From Deltaproteobacteria bacterium (GTDB lineage: Bacteria; Myxococcota; JACRCW01), in contig JACRCW010000085.1 in the NCBI GenBank assembly GCA_016218805.1, forward strand, positions 1-64,000: a DNA stretch of 64,000 nucleotides, given 5' to 3'. How positions within the stretch are numbered: position 1 is the first letter of the stretch; each line of letters opens with the position of its first letter. Both the position numbers and the translations under genes were made by a program. This document shows positions 29,013 to 40,111 of this stretch, piece by piece. Under the pieces are notes generated by a model. That model had not been told where the DNA came from. It saw only the letters and a program-made list of their open reading frames with translations, and made no database searches.

Positions 29013-30320
29013 TCACATCAGCTTGAACAGCTGCACATCCTCGTCGCGTCCCTTGACCTTCACCGGTGGCAGCGCCTCACCGGGGTGGTGTGCGCGGACG
29101 TCGCGGTACACCTGCTCGGTGACCAGCAGCGACGAGTTGAACTCCTTGTTGAGCCCTTCCACGCGCGACGCCAGGTTCACCGCGTCACCGATGACCGTGT
29201 ATTCCTTGCGCTCCGCCGACCCGATGGTCCCCACGACGGCCAGCCCGGAATGGATGCCAATGCCCACCCGGGTCGCCGGAATGTCGCCGCGGCTGTTCTG
29301 GGCCGTGAGTTCGGTGAGGATTTCGCGCGCGGCGTTGGCAGCGTTGATGTTGTCCCTGCCCTCGGAGAACGGCGCGCCAAAGATCGCCATGAAACCATCT
29401 CCCAGGAACTTGTTGATGACGCCGGAGTTCCGGTTCACGCACTCCACCATGAAGCCGAACAGGCGGTTGAGGTAGGCCACCACCTCGTCGGGGGACTTCT
29501 TTTCAGAGAAGCGGGTGAAACTGCGGATGTCCAGGAACATGACGGTGACCGCCCGCAACTCGGTGGCTGCGGAGACGTCACTGCGCAGCAGGCGGTCCAC
29601 CACCGCGGGGGAGATGTACTGGCCAAACGTGCTGACAATGCGGGCGCGCTCGTCAAGCAGCGCAATGGTGGCATCAATGCGCTTGCGGAGCTCCACCGCC
29701 ACAATTCCCGCGATAACCCCGCTGGCCAACAGCACCACCGCCTTACCCATGCTGAAGGGCAGCCAATAGTCGGCGGCCGCGTCCACATTCCGCCCCGCCA
29801 GGAAATGCAGCGAGAGCCCCGCGTATTCCGCGGCCGCCAGCGCCGCGGTGAACAGCGACAACGGGAAACTCAGCCGCAGGGTGGAGAGGATGATGAGCAC
29901 GCCGTAGAAGAGCAGCGCGGGGGAATTCAGCGCCAGCGCCGGATCATACGTCTGCGCAAAGATGGCCAGCACCACCGACACGCAGCTGACCTCAAACAGG
30001 GTGTTGCCGTAGCGCGGCGGGTCCGGAAGCATGACGCCCCGCCGCTGCACCACGTCCAACAGCTTGAGGATGACCAGCTCATACGCCAGGACCAGCAAGC
30101 AGAAGCCGGCCAGCAGCGTGGTGGGCGGGAACACCCAGCCCTCCCCGTGCGGGCGGAACCCCAGGGCGATGGCGCCGCTGAACGCGACACTCACCAGGAA
30201 CAGCACCGCGTAGATGCCCAGCATCACCAGCACCCGGGTCCGCTCGCTGCGGATGATCTCCGGGTTCATGTCCCGTTCCAGGGGTGGCGCGTCCTCAACG
30301 CGCCGGATGAAGCGGTTCAT
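29013..30320 (-). CDS. Membrane-bound class III adenylate/guanylate cyclase
   Basis: About six TM helices, FLDIRSFT, KFLGDG and YTVIGDAVNLASR. AGGAG RBS favours a start near 30320. Confidence 0.92.
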   Translation of the reverse strand: MNRFIRRVEDAPPLERDMNPEIIRSERTRVLVMLGIYAVLFLVSVAFSGAIALGFRPHGEGWVFPPTTLLAGFCLLVLAYELVILKLLDVVQRRGVMLPDPPRYGNTLFEVSCVSVVLAIFAQTYDPALALNSPALLFYGVLIILSTLRLSFPLSLFTAALAAAEYAGLSLHFLAGRNVDAAADYWLPFSMGKAVVLLASGVIAGIVAVELRKRIDATIALLDERARIVSTFGQYISPAVVDRLLRSDVSAATELRAVTVMFLDIRSFTRFSEKKSPDEVVAYLNRLFGFMVECVNRNSGVINKFLGDGFMAIFGAPFSEGRDNINAANAAREILTELTAQNSRGDIPATRVGIGIHSGLAVVGTIGSAERKEYTVIGDAVNLASRVEGLNKEFNSSLLVTEQVYRDVRAHHPGEALPPVKVKGRDEDVQLFKLM

Positions 30321-30472
30321 CGTCGTCATCCTCCTGTCGGGCCACCCTGATTCCACCGGGAAAAGCGGTGGCGGCACGCCGCAGGTCGTTCGCGGCACGC
30401 AACGCAGGGTGCGCGTCCTTGGGGGCGCGGACAACCTCGTGACCCCACCGGGCACGGGGTCGCCGCATCGCG

Positions 30473-30919
30473 TCACGGGGTCGTGACGGTCACGACGATG
30501 GGATCACCGGCCCGGGTCACGCCGCCCCGGACCACGCGGGCGAACAGGCCCTCGCGCGGCATGATGCAATCACCGGTGGCTTTCCGGATGGGGCAACCCG
30601 CGTTGTGGCACTCCTTGCCCACCTGCGTGATCTCCAGCAGCACCTGTTCACCCAGTTGCAACTGGTCACCGGGCTTCAACTCCGCGGTCCCCAACCCGCG
30701 CGTGATGACGTTCTCCGCGAATGCGCCGTGACTCAGCGCGGGCAGGAGCGCCTTCACGCGGTCGATCGATTCGCCGGCCAGCAATGAGACCTGACGGTGC
30801 CAGGCGCCGGCGTGGGCATCATTCTCCACGCCCCATTGGGCGCCGAGGGTCACCTCAGCCTGTTCCTTCTTGACCACGCCCGTCCTCCAGCTGGTGCAGA
30901 CGGCTTCCACGTGCGCCAT
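30473..30919 (-). CDS. MOSC domain protein
   Basis: DAHAG.WHRQVSLL, GAFAEN, TQVGKECH and CIMPREG. Confidence 0.9.
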   Translation of the reverse strand: MAHVEAVCTSWRTGVVKKEQAEVTLGAQWGVENDAHAGAWHRQVSLLAGESIDRVKALLPALSHGAFAENVITRGLGTAELKPGDQLQLGEQVLLEITQVGKECHNAGCPIRKATGDCIMPREGLFARVVRGGVTRAGDPIVVTVTTP

Positions 30920-30931
30920 GGTGGTCCGCCC

Positions 30932-31573
30932 TCAGGATGCGGCGTTGGCCAAGGGGACGCCCATGCTGCCCGCATCCAGCTCAACCACTTCACCGAGCGC
31001 GACGGCCACGCCACGCATGAACGGCGTGTGCGCGGCCCGCGCCAGGTCCGCCGAGAACAACGGAACCCACGAGGCAACGTGTGCCGCGAAGAACTCCCGT
31101 TCCGTCTCCACGCTCTCACCCTGCCCGCTGAGGCGCCGGTCCACCAGCGTGGCCACAAACCCCAACTCCCGCGCCACGTGGTCCGGCGGGCACTGCGTCA
31201 TGTCGTCGTAACCCAGGCCGGACGCCACGTACGCGGCCAGGACATCCCGGGCCGGCCCCTGCATCACCAGCCGGTCGGGCGAGCGGTACACGCTCTCCCA
31301 TGGAGGCGCGGCCAGCTTGCCGGGCCCCTGGAACAACCGCTGGTGGTCACGCTGCACGTCCTCGGCGCCGGGAGCATCCAAGGCCGTGCGCATGGCGTGC
31401 AGTCCGTGCAGGGGCCGGCCCAGGTGCCTCTCCACCGCGTCGGCCAGCGTGGCCAGCACCTGCTCGCGCCGCAGGGCCTCCAGCGTGTCTGCGTCTGGCG
31501 CTTCGGACAGCAGGGCGCCCAGCAGGAGATACAGGTCACGCCGGATCGGATCGGGAAGGCCCACGGAACCCAT
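30932..31573 (-). CDS. TorD/DmsD-family maturation chaperone
   Basis: RLFQGP, APPWESVY and PPDHVARELGF. Confidence 0.9.
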   Translation of the reverse strand: MGSVGLPDPIRRDLYLLLGALLSEAPDADTLEALRREQVLATLADAVERHLGRPLHGLHAMRTALDAPGAEDVQRDHQRLFQGPGKLAAPPWESVYRSPDRLVMQGPARDVLAAYVASGLGYDDMTQCPPDHVARELGFVATLVDRRLSGQGESVETEREFFAAHVASWVPLFSADLARAAHTPFMRGVAVALGEVVELDAGSMGVPLANAAS

Positions 31574-31582
31574 GAATGCTCC

Positions 31583-32197
31583 TCACAAGCCGCGCTGCGG
31601 CGTGAACTTGACGACGGGGCGCGTCCGGGACGGATCCCCGATGTCCTGCAGGCCCGCGGGTGCGGTGGGCCCGTTGGTGTGGCACGCGGCCGCGTCATAT
31701 GAATCCGCCGCGTTGAACGTCAGCGCGTAGGAACTGCAAGTCAGCACGCACGCCGGCATCTTCTGGCTGTCCTGCAGGTTGTTGTTGGTCAGGCGGTGGT
31801 GGCAGCCGTTGCACTTGTCCATCAGGCCGCTGTCTGGGTCGTACTGCGGCGCGCCGTATGGGCACGCGGACGCGCAACGGCGGCAGCCAACGCAGTGCTG
31901 CTGCTGCGGAATGACCAGGCCCGTGGTGGCGTCCTTGTAGATCGCCGTGCCGCTGCTGTTGTTGATGTTGGCATGGTCCGACTGCGGACACGCCTGGATG
32001 CATGCGGGGTTCTCACAGTGCATGCACGCCAGGGTGACAAAGCGGCGGTACGGCTTGCCGTTGTTGACACCATCCTGAATCACAACGCGCCGCCGGCGCA
32101 CGCCGGTGGGCAGTTTCCACTCCTGCTTGCATGCGCCCTCACACGCGCGGCAGCCAATGCAGTTGTCCAGGTTGATGCGCCATCCGAACTGAGCCAT
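31583..32197 (-). CDS. Four-cluster Fe-S subunit (DmsB/PsrB/ArrB type)
   Basis: CIGCRACEGAC, CMHCENPAC..AC, CVGCRRCASACP and KCNGC...PACVLTC. Confidence 0.93.
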   Translation of the reverse strand: MAQFGWRINLDNCIGCRACEGACKQEWKLPTGVRRRRVVIQDGVNNGKPYRRFVTLACMHCENPACIQACPQSDHANINNSSGTAIYKDATTGLVIPQQQHCVGCRRCASACPYGAPQYDPDSGLMDKCNGCHHRLTNNNLQDSQKMPACVLTCSSYALTFNAADSYDAAACHTNGPTAPAGLQDIGDPSRTRPVVKFTPQRGL

Positions 32198-32232
32198 GAC
32201 GTGTCCTCCCGTCGTAAAGGGACCAGAAAGCT

Positions 32233-35200
32233 TCAGGCTTCAAACTTGTAGATACGGCAGGGGACTTCCTTGTGAACGGCCTGGCCGGAGTGGATTTCCG
32301 CCTTGCCCGGAAGGATCCACCCGTCGTGCGCACCCTTGCCCACGGCCAGCTTTCCCAGCGCCCAGTGCCCAAAGCCGCGGTGGAAACCCACCGTGGCAAT
32401 GCCCGGGGTCAGCGGGTCGGCGGAACTCGCCAGCTCGTTGTGGATGCCCTCCGTGCGGTGGATGCGGACGCGGATGCGGCTGACCGGCGTCTCCACCCAC
32501 GCCTGGTCGTTCTCCGCGAGTCCCAGCTTGTCCGCCAGGCGGGGGTGCACGTACAGCTTGCTCTCCGACTTCATCTCCATCAGGTACGCGTTGTTGAACG
32601 TCCGCGTGTGCGTGTGCTCCACCTCCTTCCACGAAGTGAAGAACAGCGGGTGCGTGGCCGTGGGTCCGTCTTCAACGGGCAGGTAGTACGGCAGCGGGTG
32701 GTAGCGGAGATCCCCGCTGACCGAGGCACCCGCCGGGTACTTGGTGGCGCCCGCCTTGAAATAGTCGTCAAACGTCTTGGACCAGAACTGCGCAAACAGC
32801 GTCTCCGTGCCGAAGCCGGTGAAGAAGTTTGTCCCGTCCGCGGGCGGGGAAACGTCGGTAGCGCCCGGCGGAGCAATACCGAGGTTCACGCTGGTGCCCT
32901 TGCCGCGGACCACGTAGCGCTGGTCACCGCCGTAGGTGACCGCCACCACGTCCATGACGGCGCCGCGGAAGCCGGTGCCGGCGCCGAGGCTTGCGTCCAG
33001 CGTGATGGCGGCGTTGGCCGCCGGCGTGGCTGACGCGACGGTGCCGATGAGCACGCCACCCGCGCCGGCCGTCGTACCGGTGCGGACCTCGTTGGTGGTC
33101 CCGTTCACGTACACGTGCATCCACGCCGAGCTGTATTTGTTGAGCGCTGAATAGGTGGTCGCGTACTTGTGATAGAAGGTGCCACCGCGTGACGCGCCCG
33201 TCTCAATCCACACGCCCTTCTGCTTCAGCGTGGGCCAGTCAACGTTGTTGGTGTAGCCGGCGCGGGCCGTGTCCCATTCCTTCTTGTTGAGGTTCTCGTC
33301 CACGTCACGGAAGTTGGCCGCGTCAAAACCCGTGAAGCCCATGTGACGGCCAAGGTCCAGGAAGAACTGTGCCTCGCTGCGCCCGCCAATCCATGACGGC
33401 ACAACCGGCTGCCGCAGGCCCGTGGTGAAGAAGGTGACCCAGCTGGCGTTGAAGTCAAACCGCTCCAGGTAGCTGGACCCCGGAATCAGGATGTCCGCGT
33501 ATTGCGCGGTTTCGCTGAGGTGCGTGTCAACGCAGACAATGAAGTCCATGGCCTCCAGCGCCTGGATGTTGCGCTGGGTGTTGGGCGTGGACATCAGCAG
33601 GTTCTGGAAGACAATGACGGCCGCCTTCATCGGGTAGGGGAACCCCAGGTGGTCGCGCTGTTCCAGCATGCGTTCGCGCATCTCCACGTAGATGCCGGAG
33701 CCATGCGAAAACGCGTACTTCTTGTGGAACTTGGTTCCCGCCGGGACGGTCGTGCCCGCCGTCCACGTTGTGCCGGTGGTGTCCACCAGCGTGCGGTTGG
33801 ACACCGCGGGTTCCGGCAGCGTGATGTCGTCCCGGCCGTCGGGCCGCCACCCGTCGTACTTGATGGTCCCGTTGGCGTTCTTCCAGGACGCGTGCGCGGA
33901 CAAGCGCGCGGGGCCGGAGCGGTTGGGCCGCAGCAGCGTGCCCGGGCGGTCCACGCCGCCCAACAGGAGGTTCAGACAGTTGATGGCGCGCCCGCCCTGG
34001 GTCGCGTTGGTGTGGTGGCCGCCGCCGGACCAGGTGTCAATGCAGATGCGCTTGCCGGCCGCAAACGCATCGCCCAACTCGCGTGCAAGCGCCGTGATGC
34101 GCGCCGCGGCCACACCGGTCTGTGCCTCGCCCCACGCGGCGTTCTTGGGCTGCGCGTCATACGTGCCGTCACCGTCCAGGTACTTCTTGTACTCGGTGAA
34201 GCCCACCGCCCACTGGTCCATCCAGGCCTTGTCAATCTTGGTGCCGGTGCCGGCGTCGTAGTCCACCAGTTCCTTGGCAATGGCCAGCGCGAGCGCGCCG
34301 TCCGTACCGGGCCGCAGCGGCACCCAGTCATCCGCGCGTGACGCCGTGGTGTTGAAGACCGGGTCCACATAGATGAACTTGAAGTTCCGGTCCCGGCGGC
34401 CGCGGGAGAAGATGGCCGCCAGGTGGATCCACTTCAGCGCGGACAGGAAGTTCCACCCCCACACAAACAGGACGTCGCAGTTCTCCATGTCCGCGAGCGG
34501 CCGCTCGTCGCCAATCGTCGCCTTGTAGTGCGCCTTGCGTGACGTGTCGCAGAGGTTGGCGTGGTTGGAATAGTTGGGCGACCCAAACGCGTCACAGAAG
34601 TCCTGTTGCGGGTGCGTGAAGGAGTGGTCCTCGCCAAACCAGACCACGGAGCGCGCCCCGTACTGCTGCTTGAGCGTGGTGAGGCGCCGCGAGGTCTCTT
34701 CAATGGCCTGGTCCCAGCTGATGGGAACAAACTGCCCCGAACCGCGCGGACCCACGCGCTTCATCGGCGTCTTCACGCGGTCCGGGTCATACAGCGACTT
34801 CATCCCGGAGTTGCCCTTGCAGCACAGGCGGCCCACGTCCGTGGCGGCCACCGCGGAGAACGTTCCCGTGGGCGCAGCGTCGCGGCCGGAGGCAGCAAAC
34901 CCGCCGGCCAGGCGCGTCTTGGGCGCGTCCACATTGGCCACGTTGTTCGGGTTCACGGCGTCCGTGAGCGCGTTGGGGTTGGCGGTCGTGGGCTCAATCT
35001 TCTCCACAATGCCGCCGCGCACGTACGCCCAGATACCGCACTGGCCACCGCACATGTTGCAGCATGACGGGATCCACCTGCCGCCAAGGTAGTCGTTGAG
35101 CCGTGCCGTCTCCGCGGCGGACAGGCTGCGGAAGGGGACGGGGAAGATGGTGGTCAGCGCCAACCCACCCACACCCGCGCCCGTCCACTTGAGGAAGCTC

Positions 35201-35268
35201 CGGCGGGAAAGGTCGCCCTGCCCGGCCGTCATGGTGGTGGTCTCGAGATCCTTGCGCGTGTTGCTCAT
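32233..35268 (-). CDS. Tat-exported Mo/W-bisPGD oxidoreductase catalytic subunit, Psr/Phs/Arr-like branch
   Basis: SRRSFLK Tat motif, CNMCGGQC...CCKG FS0 site, YDPDRVKTPMKRVG, PGTDGALAL, SETAQYAD and a probable Mo-ligand Cys in SNHANLCD. Confidence 0.9.
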   Translation of the reverse strand: MSNTRKDLETTTMTAGQGDLSRRSFLKWTGAGVGGLALTTIFPVPFRSLSAAETARLNDYLGGRWIPSCCNMCGGQCGIWAYVRGGIVEKIEPTTANPNALTDAVNPNNVANVDAPKTRLAGGFAASGRDAAPTGTFSAVAATDVGRLCCKGNSGMKSLYDPDRVKTPMKRVGPRGSGQFVPISWDQAIEETSRRLTTLKQQYGARSVVWFGEDHSFTHPQQDFCDAFGSPNYSNHANLCDTSRKAHYKATIGDERPLADMENCDVLFVWGWNFLSALKWIHLAAIFSRGRRDRNFKFIYVDPVFNTTASRADDWVPLRPGTDGALALAIAKELVDYDAGTGTKIDKAWMDQWAVGFTEYKKYLDGDGTYDAQPKNAAWGEAQTGVAAARITALARELGDAFAAGKRICIDTWSGGGHHTNATQGGRAINCLNLLLGGVDRPGTLLRPNRSGPARLSAHASWKNANGTIKYDGWRPDGRDDITLPEPAVSNRTLVDTTGTTWTAGTTVPAGTKFHKKYAFSHGSGIYVEMRERMLEQRDHLGFPYPMKAAVIVFQNLLMSTPNTQRNIQALEAMDFIVCVDTHLSETAQYADILIPGSSYLERFDFNASWVTFFTTGLRQPVVPSWIGGRSEAQFFLDLGRHMGFTGFDAANFRDVDENLNKKEWDTARAGYTNNVDWPTLKQKGVWIETGASRGGTFYHKYATTYSALNKYSSAWMHVYVNGTTNEVRTGTTAGAGGVLIGTVASATPAANAAITLDASLGAGTGFRGAVMDVVAVTYGGDQRYVVRGKGTSVNLGIAPPGATDVSPPADGTNFFTGFGTETLFAQFWSKTFDDYFKAGATKYPAGASVSGDLRYHPLPYYLPVEDGPTATHPLFFTSWKEVEHTHTRTFNNAYLMEMKSESKLYVHPRLADKLGLAENDQAWVETPVSRIRVRIHRTEGIHNELASSADPLTPGIATVGFHRGFGHWALGKLAVGKGAHDGWILPGKAEIHSGQAVHKEVPCRIYKFEA

Positions 35269-35289
35269 GGCTTCAGCTCCTCAAGGTCA

Positions 35290-36565
<1,276 letters not shown>

Positions 36566-36645
36566 TAACGCGGTGTTGTTACTTTTCCGAAACACCCGCG
36601 CGCGCGCCCCGGCATCCCTGAGCGTTTTTCCGTCGGGAACCGCTC

Positions 36646-37710
36646 TTGCAGGGCGCCGCCACCGTGTCCGCCGCTGGCTGCTCCCCGCCGCTCCCCCGCC
36701 TCGCCGTTGTGCCGGATGCGTGCGCGCCGGGATTGCCGCTCACTGACAGTGTGGGCCGTTCCGTCCGCTACCTGCGCCTGGGCGTGACGGACCGCTGTGA
36801 CATGGCGTGCGTCTACTGCATGCCGGAGGGCTACCGTGGAACTCCGCGGCGCGAGCAACTCTCGGTTGACGAGGTGGTGCGCATCGTCCGGGTGTTCTAC
36901 GCCGTGGGCGTGCGCACCGTGCGCCTGACAGGAGGAGAGCCGTTGGTGCGGCGGGACGTGGTCCATCTCGTCAGCGCCATCGCCACAGCGGTTCCCGGCC
37001 TGGACCTGGCGCTCACCACCAATGGCGCCCTGCTGGCGCGGTTGGCGCGCCCGCTGCGGGACGCCGGCCTGCAGCGCCTCAACATCAGCGTGGACAGCGT
37101 GCACGCGGACTGTTTCCACCAGCTCACGCGCACGGGTGACTGGGCCGCCGTCCGCGCAGGGATTGATGCGGCGCGGGATGCCGGTTTCACGGAGATCAAG
37201 ACCAACACCGTGGTGCTTCGTGACCACAACCTGGACCAGGTCCCGGAGATTGCCCGCTGGGCCCATGACCGTGGGCTCACGCCGCGCTTCATTGAGTTGA
37301 TGCCGCTGGGCGAAGGCGCTTCCCTGATGAACCAGCACGTCCCCTGGACGGAGATCCGCGCGCGGCTGGGCGCGCTGCTGCAGGACGGGCCCACCGAGTC
37401 CCCGCGGCAGCGCGGACCGGCGTTCTACCTTCCCGTGCGTGCCGGCCAGGGGCGCGTCGGGTTCATCACCGCGGTCAGCAACCACTTCTGCAACACCTGC
37501 GATCGCGTGCGCGTCTCCGCACGCGGCGAGTTGCGCGCGTGCCTGGCCAACCCGCATGGCGTCTCGCTCCGCGACGCTGTCCGGCAGGGCGCCACCGACG
37601 CGCAGTTGCTGCACCTGCTGCGCGGCGTCCTGGCCGGCAAGGACCGTCACGCATTCACCACGGGCCCCCGGGCCGCAGCCGCGGTGGTGATGACCGGCAT
37701 CGGCGGATGA
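36646..37710 (+). CDS. moaA: GTP 3',8-cyclase
   Basis: VTDRCDMACVYCM, RLTGGEP, HFCNTCDRVR...C and C-terminal IGG. Start approximate. Confidence 0.95.
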   Translation: MQGAATVSAAGCSPPLPRLAVVPDACAPGLPLTDSVGRSVRYLRLGVTDRCDMACVYCMPEGYRGTPRREQLSVDEVVRIVRVFYAVGVRTVRLTGGEPLVRRDVVHLVSAIATAVPGLDLALTTNGALLARLARPLRDAGLQRLNISVDSVHADCFHQLTRTGDWAAVRAGIDAARDAGFTEIKTNTVVLRDHNLDQVPEIARWAHDRGLTPRFIELMPLGEGASLMNQHVPWTEIRARLGALLQDGPTESPRQRGPAFYLPVRAGQGRVGFITAVSNHFCNTCDRVRVSARGELRACLANPHGVSLRDAVRQGATDAQLLHLLRGVLAGKDRHAFTTGPRAAAAVVMTGIGG

Positions 37711-38672
37711 GGGCGGCGCGGGGGTCGTTGTCGCGCGTGGGCCGCCACGCTACTGCGCGGACCATGCACCGCGCCTCGGTCATGCCGGCTGGAATGCTGC
37801 TGTTGGCGGCGTGCTGGTCACCGCCGTATCGCGAGGTGCCCGTTGCGTCCCCCTCGGCGCGCAACAGTGGAACGGATGCATCAACGGCCGCCGGCGGTGT
37901 GCTGCGTTTTTCCGTGGCGGCGCGCCAGTCCCCGCAGTCCACTTTTGCGTCCTATTCCCCGTTGGTTGAGCGCGTGGCCGAGCTGGTGGGTGCCCGCGCT
38001 GACCTGGTGCAGCGGCGCACCTACCGCGAAGTGAATGAACTGCTGGCGCGCGGAGAGCTGGACGCCGCCATGATCTGCACGGGTGCCTGGTTGGACCTGC
38101 AGCGCCGGTGGCCCGGAAGGGCGGAGCCCCTCGTCGTCGCCGTGATGCGCGGGAGGATCACCTACAACTCGTTCCTCATCGTTCCCACGGACAGCCCCGT
38201 CCGGTCGCTGGGGGACCTGCAGGGGAAACAGTTCGCGTACACGGATGAACTGTCCCTGACCGGTCACGCCTGGCCCACGCACGCGCTGCACGCGCTCGGG
38301 CGCGATCCCGCGCGCACTTTCTCGTCGGTGTATTTCACGCAATCCCATGATCGGTCCATCCGCGCGGTGGCGCAGGGGCTGTTTGACGGCGCCGCGGTGG
38401 ACAGCCTGGTGTACCGCGCGCTCGTGGCCGCGGAGCCAAACCTGGCACGTGCCACGCGCGTGGTGGAGACCTCGCCGCCGTTTGGGATGCCGCCGGTTGT
38501 GGTGTCCACGCGCCTCCCGCCGGAGGCAAGGGCCCGCCTGCGCGAAGCATTTCTGGGCCTGCACGAGCATCCCGACGCGATCCCGACGCTCGCCGAACTG
38601 GGCATTGAACAGTACGTGGTCCCGCCGCCGGACCTGTACAACACCGCCGCCGCCGTGCTGGCCGACCGGTGA
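37707..38672 (+). CDS. PhnD-like periplasmic oxyanion-binding lipoprotein (AioX/ArxX-like)
   Basis: Lipobox LAAC, QRRTYREVN, AMICTG, SHDRSI.AVA.G..DGAAVDS and PPVVV. Translationally coupled to moaA and to the kinase. Confidence 0.82.
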   Translation: MRAARGSLSRVGRHATARTMHRASVMPAGMLLLAACWSPPYREVPVASPSARNSGTDASTAAGGVLRFSVAARQSPQSTFASYSPLVERVAELVGARADLVQRRTYREVNELLARGELDAAMICTGAWLDLQRRWPGRAEPLVVAVMRGRITYNSFLIVPTDSPVRSLGDLQGKQFAYTDELSLTGHAWPTHALHALGRDPARTFSSVYFTQSHDRSIRAVAQGLFDGAAVDSLVYRALVAAEPNLARATRVVETSPPFGMPPVVVSTRLPPEARARLREAFLGLHEHPDAIPTLAELGIEQYVVPPPDLYNTAAAVLADR

Positions 38673-40096
38673 TGTTGCGCTCACCGCCGCGGTTCCGCCT
38701 GTGGATGCAGCTTGCTGCGTTTGCGGCCGTGGGCGTGACGCTGCTGCACGGCATGCACCTGGTGGTGGCTGACGCGGTGACCCGGGACGCACTGCTGCAG
38801 GCACAGCAGGCACGCGCCCGGGGCATGGCCCGGCTGGTGGCCCGCCAGGCGGCTGACGCGGTCCTCACCCATGACTGGGCCTCGCTGCAGGACGCGGTGG
38901 TGGGCGCCGCCTCCGCCGGCGAAGTGACGTACTGCTTTGCGGTCCACGACGGGAAGGTGCTGGCCAGCTCCATTCCCGGCGAGCGGGTGGCCGCGCTGGA
39001 GGCGGCCCGGCCCGCCGGGACCGCGCTTGGGGAAACGCTGATTCTGGTGGAGGGTGCCACGCGGTTCCTGGACGTGGCCGAGCCCATTCTCGACGGCCGG
39101 CGCGGCGTGGTGCGGATCGGCGTGGACCTGGAGGTGCTCGCGCGCACTTCGGCGGACCTGGCCGGGCGCCTGGGGATGGTTGCTGTGCTGATGGCGCTGG
39201 TGGGCGTGCTGGCGGCGCTGCTGGTGGGCCGGCGGGTGGCCCGCCCCGTGGGGGAGTTGCTGGACGCCGCCGACGCGTTTGACGCCGCCCTGCCACCGCG
39301 GCTGCTCCCGCACCGCGGGAGCGACGAGATCACCGAGCTGACGGCGCGCTTCAACGAGATGATGGTGCGCCTCACGGATGCGCACCGCGAACAGGCCGCG
39401 GCCCGCGCGCGCGCAGCGGAGACCGAACGGATGGTTGCGCTCGGGTCGCTGGTGACCGGCGTGGCGCACGAGGTCAACAACCCGCTGGCGGGCCTGAAGA
39501 TGTGCCACCACCGCCTGGCGCGCGCGGACCTGCCCCCCGCGCAGCACGCGGAATACCTGGACCTCATGCGCGAGGCGCTGGACCGCATTGAGAGCGTGGT
39601 GCAGGGCCTGCTGGAATTCGGGCGGCCACGCGCGCCGCGCCTGCAGAAGACCGCCGTGGCGGACGTCATTCACCAATGCGCGCGGCTGGTGACCCCGCTG
39701 TTTCATGACCGCGGCATCCGCCTGCGGCTGATTGTGGATGGACTGCCTGACGACGCCACGGTCCGGGCGGACGGACGGCAGTTGGGTCAAGGGCTGCTCA
39801 ACCTGGCGCTCAACGCCGCCTACGTGACCACCGCCGGCGGCGAGGTCCGCATCCGCGCACGGGTGGAGGACACGCGCTTTGGCATTGCCGTGGAGGATGA
39901 CGGGCCCGGTGTCCCCGTTGAACTGCGCGACCGCATCATGGACCCGTTCTTCTCCACCAAGCCGGAGGGCCAGGGCTCAGGGCTGGGCCTGCCGGTGACG
40001 CGCGCCATCGCCGTCGCGCATGACGGGGAACTGGCACTGTCCTATCCCGCGCACGGCGGCACGGTGGCCGTGCTGTGGTTGCCCCGACGTCCCTGA
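38669..40096 (+). CDS. HAMP sensor histidine kinase (NtrB type)
   Basis: Two TM helices, HAMP, AHEVNNPL, DDGPG, PFFSTK and GSGLGL. Confidence 0.92.
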   Translation: MMLRSPPRFRLWMQLAAFAAVGVTLLHGMHLVVADAVTRDALLQAQQARARGMARLVARQAADAVLTHDWASLQDAVVGAASAGEVTYCFAVHDGKVLASSIPGERVAALEAARPAGTALGETLILVEGATRFLDVAEPILDGRRGVVRIGVDLEVLARTSADLAGRLGMVAVLMALVGVLAALLVGRRVARPVGELLDAADAFDAALPPRLLPHRGSDEITELTARFNEMMVRLTDAHREQAAARARAAETERMVALGSLVTGVAHEVNNPLAGLKMCHHRLARADLPPAQHAEYLDLMREALDRIESVVQGLLEFGRPRAPRLQKTAVADVIHQCARLVTPLFHDRGIRLRLIVDGLPDDATVRADGRQLGQGLLNLALNAAYVTTAGGEVRIRARVEDTRFGIAVEDDGPGVPVELRDRIMDPFFSTKPEGQGSGLGLPVTRAIAVAHDGELALSYPAHGGTVAVLWLPRRP

Positions 40097-40111
40097 TGCG
40101 GGACGCGGCGC

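Noticed and set aside
32233..35268. Naming the enzyme arrA, arxA or aioA
   Set aside because: It lacks the (R/K)GRY-type motif, has no Rieske subunit, and the active-site segment differs. A phylogeny is needed.
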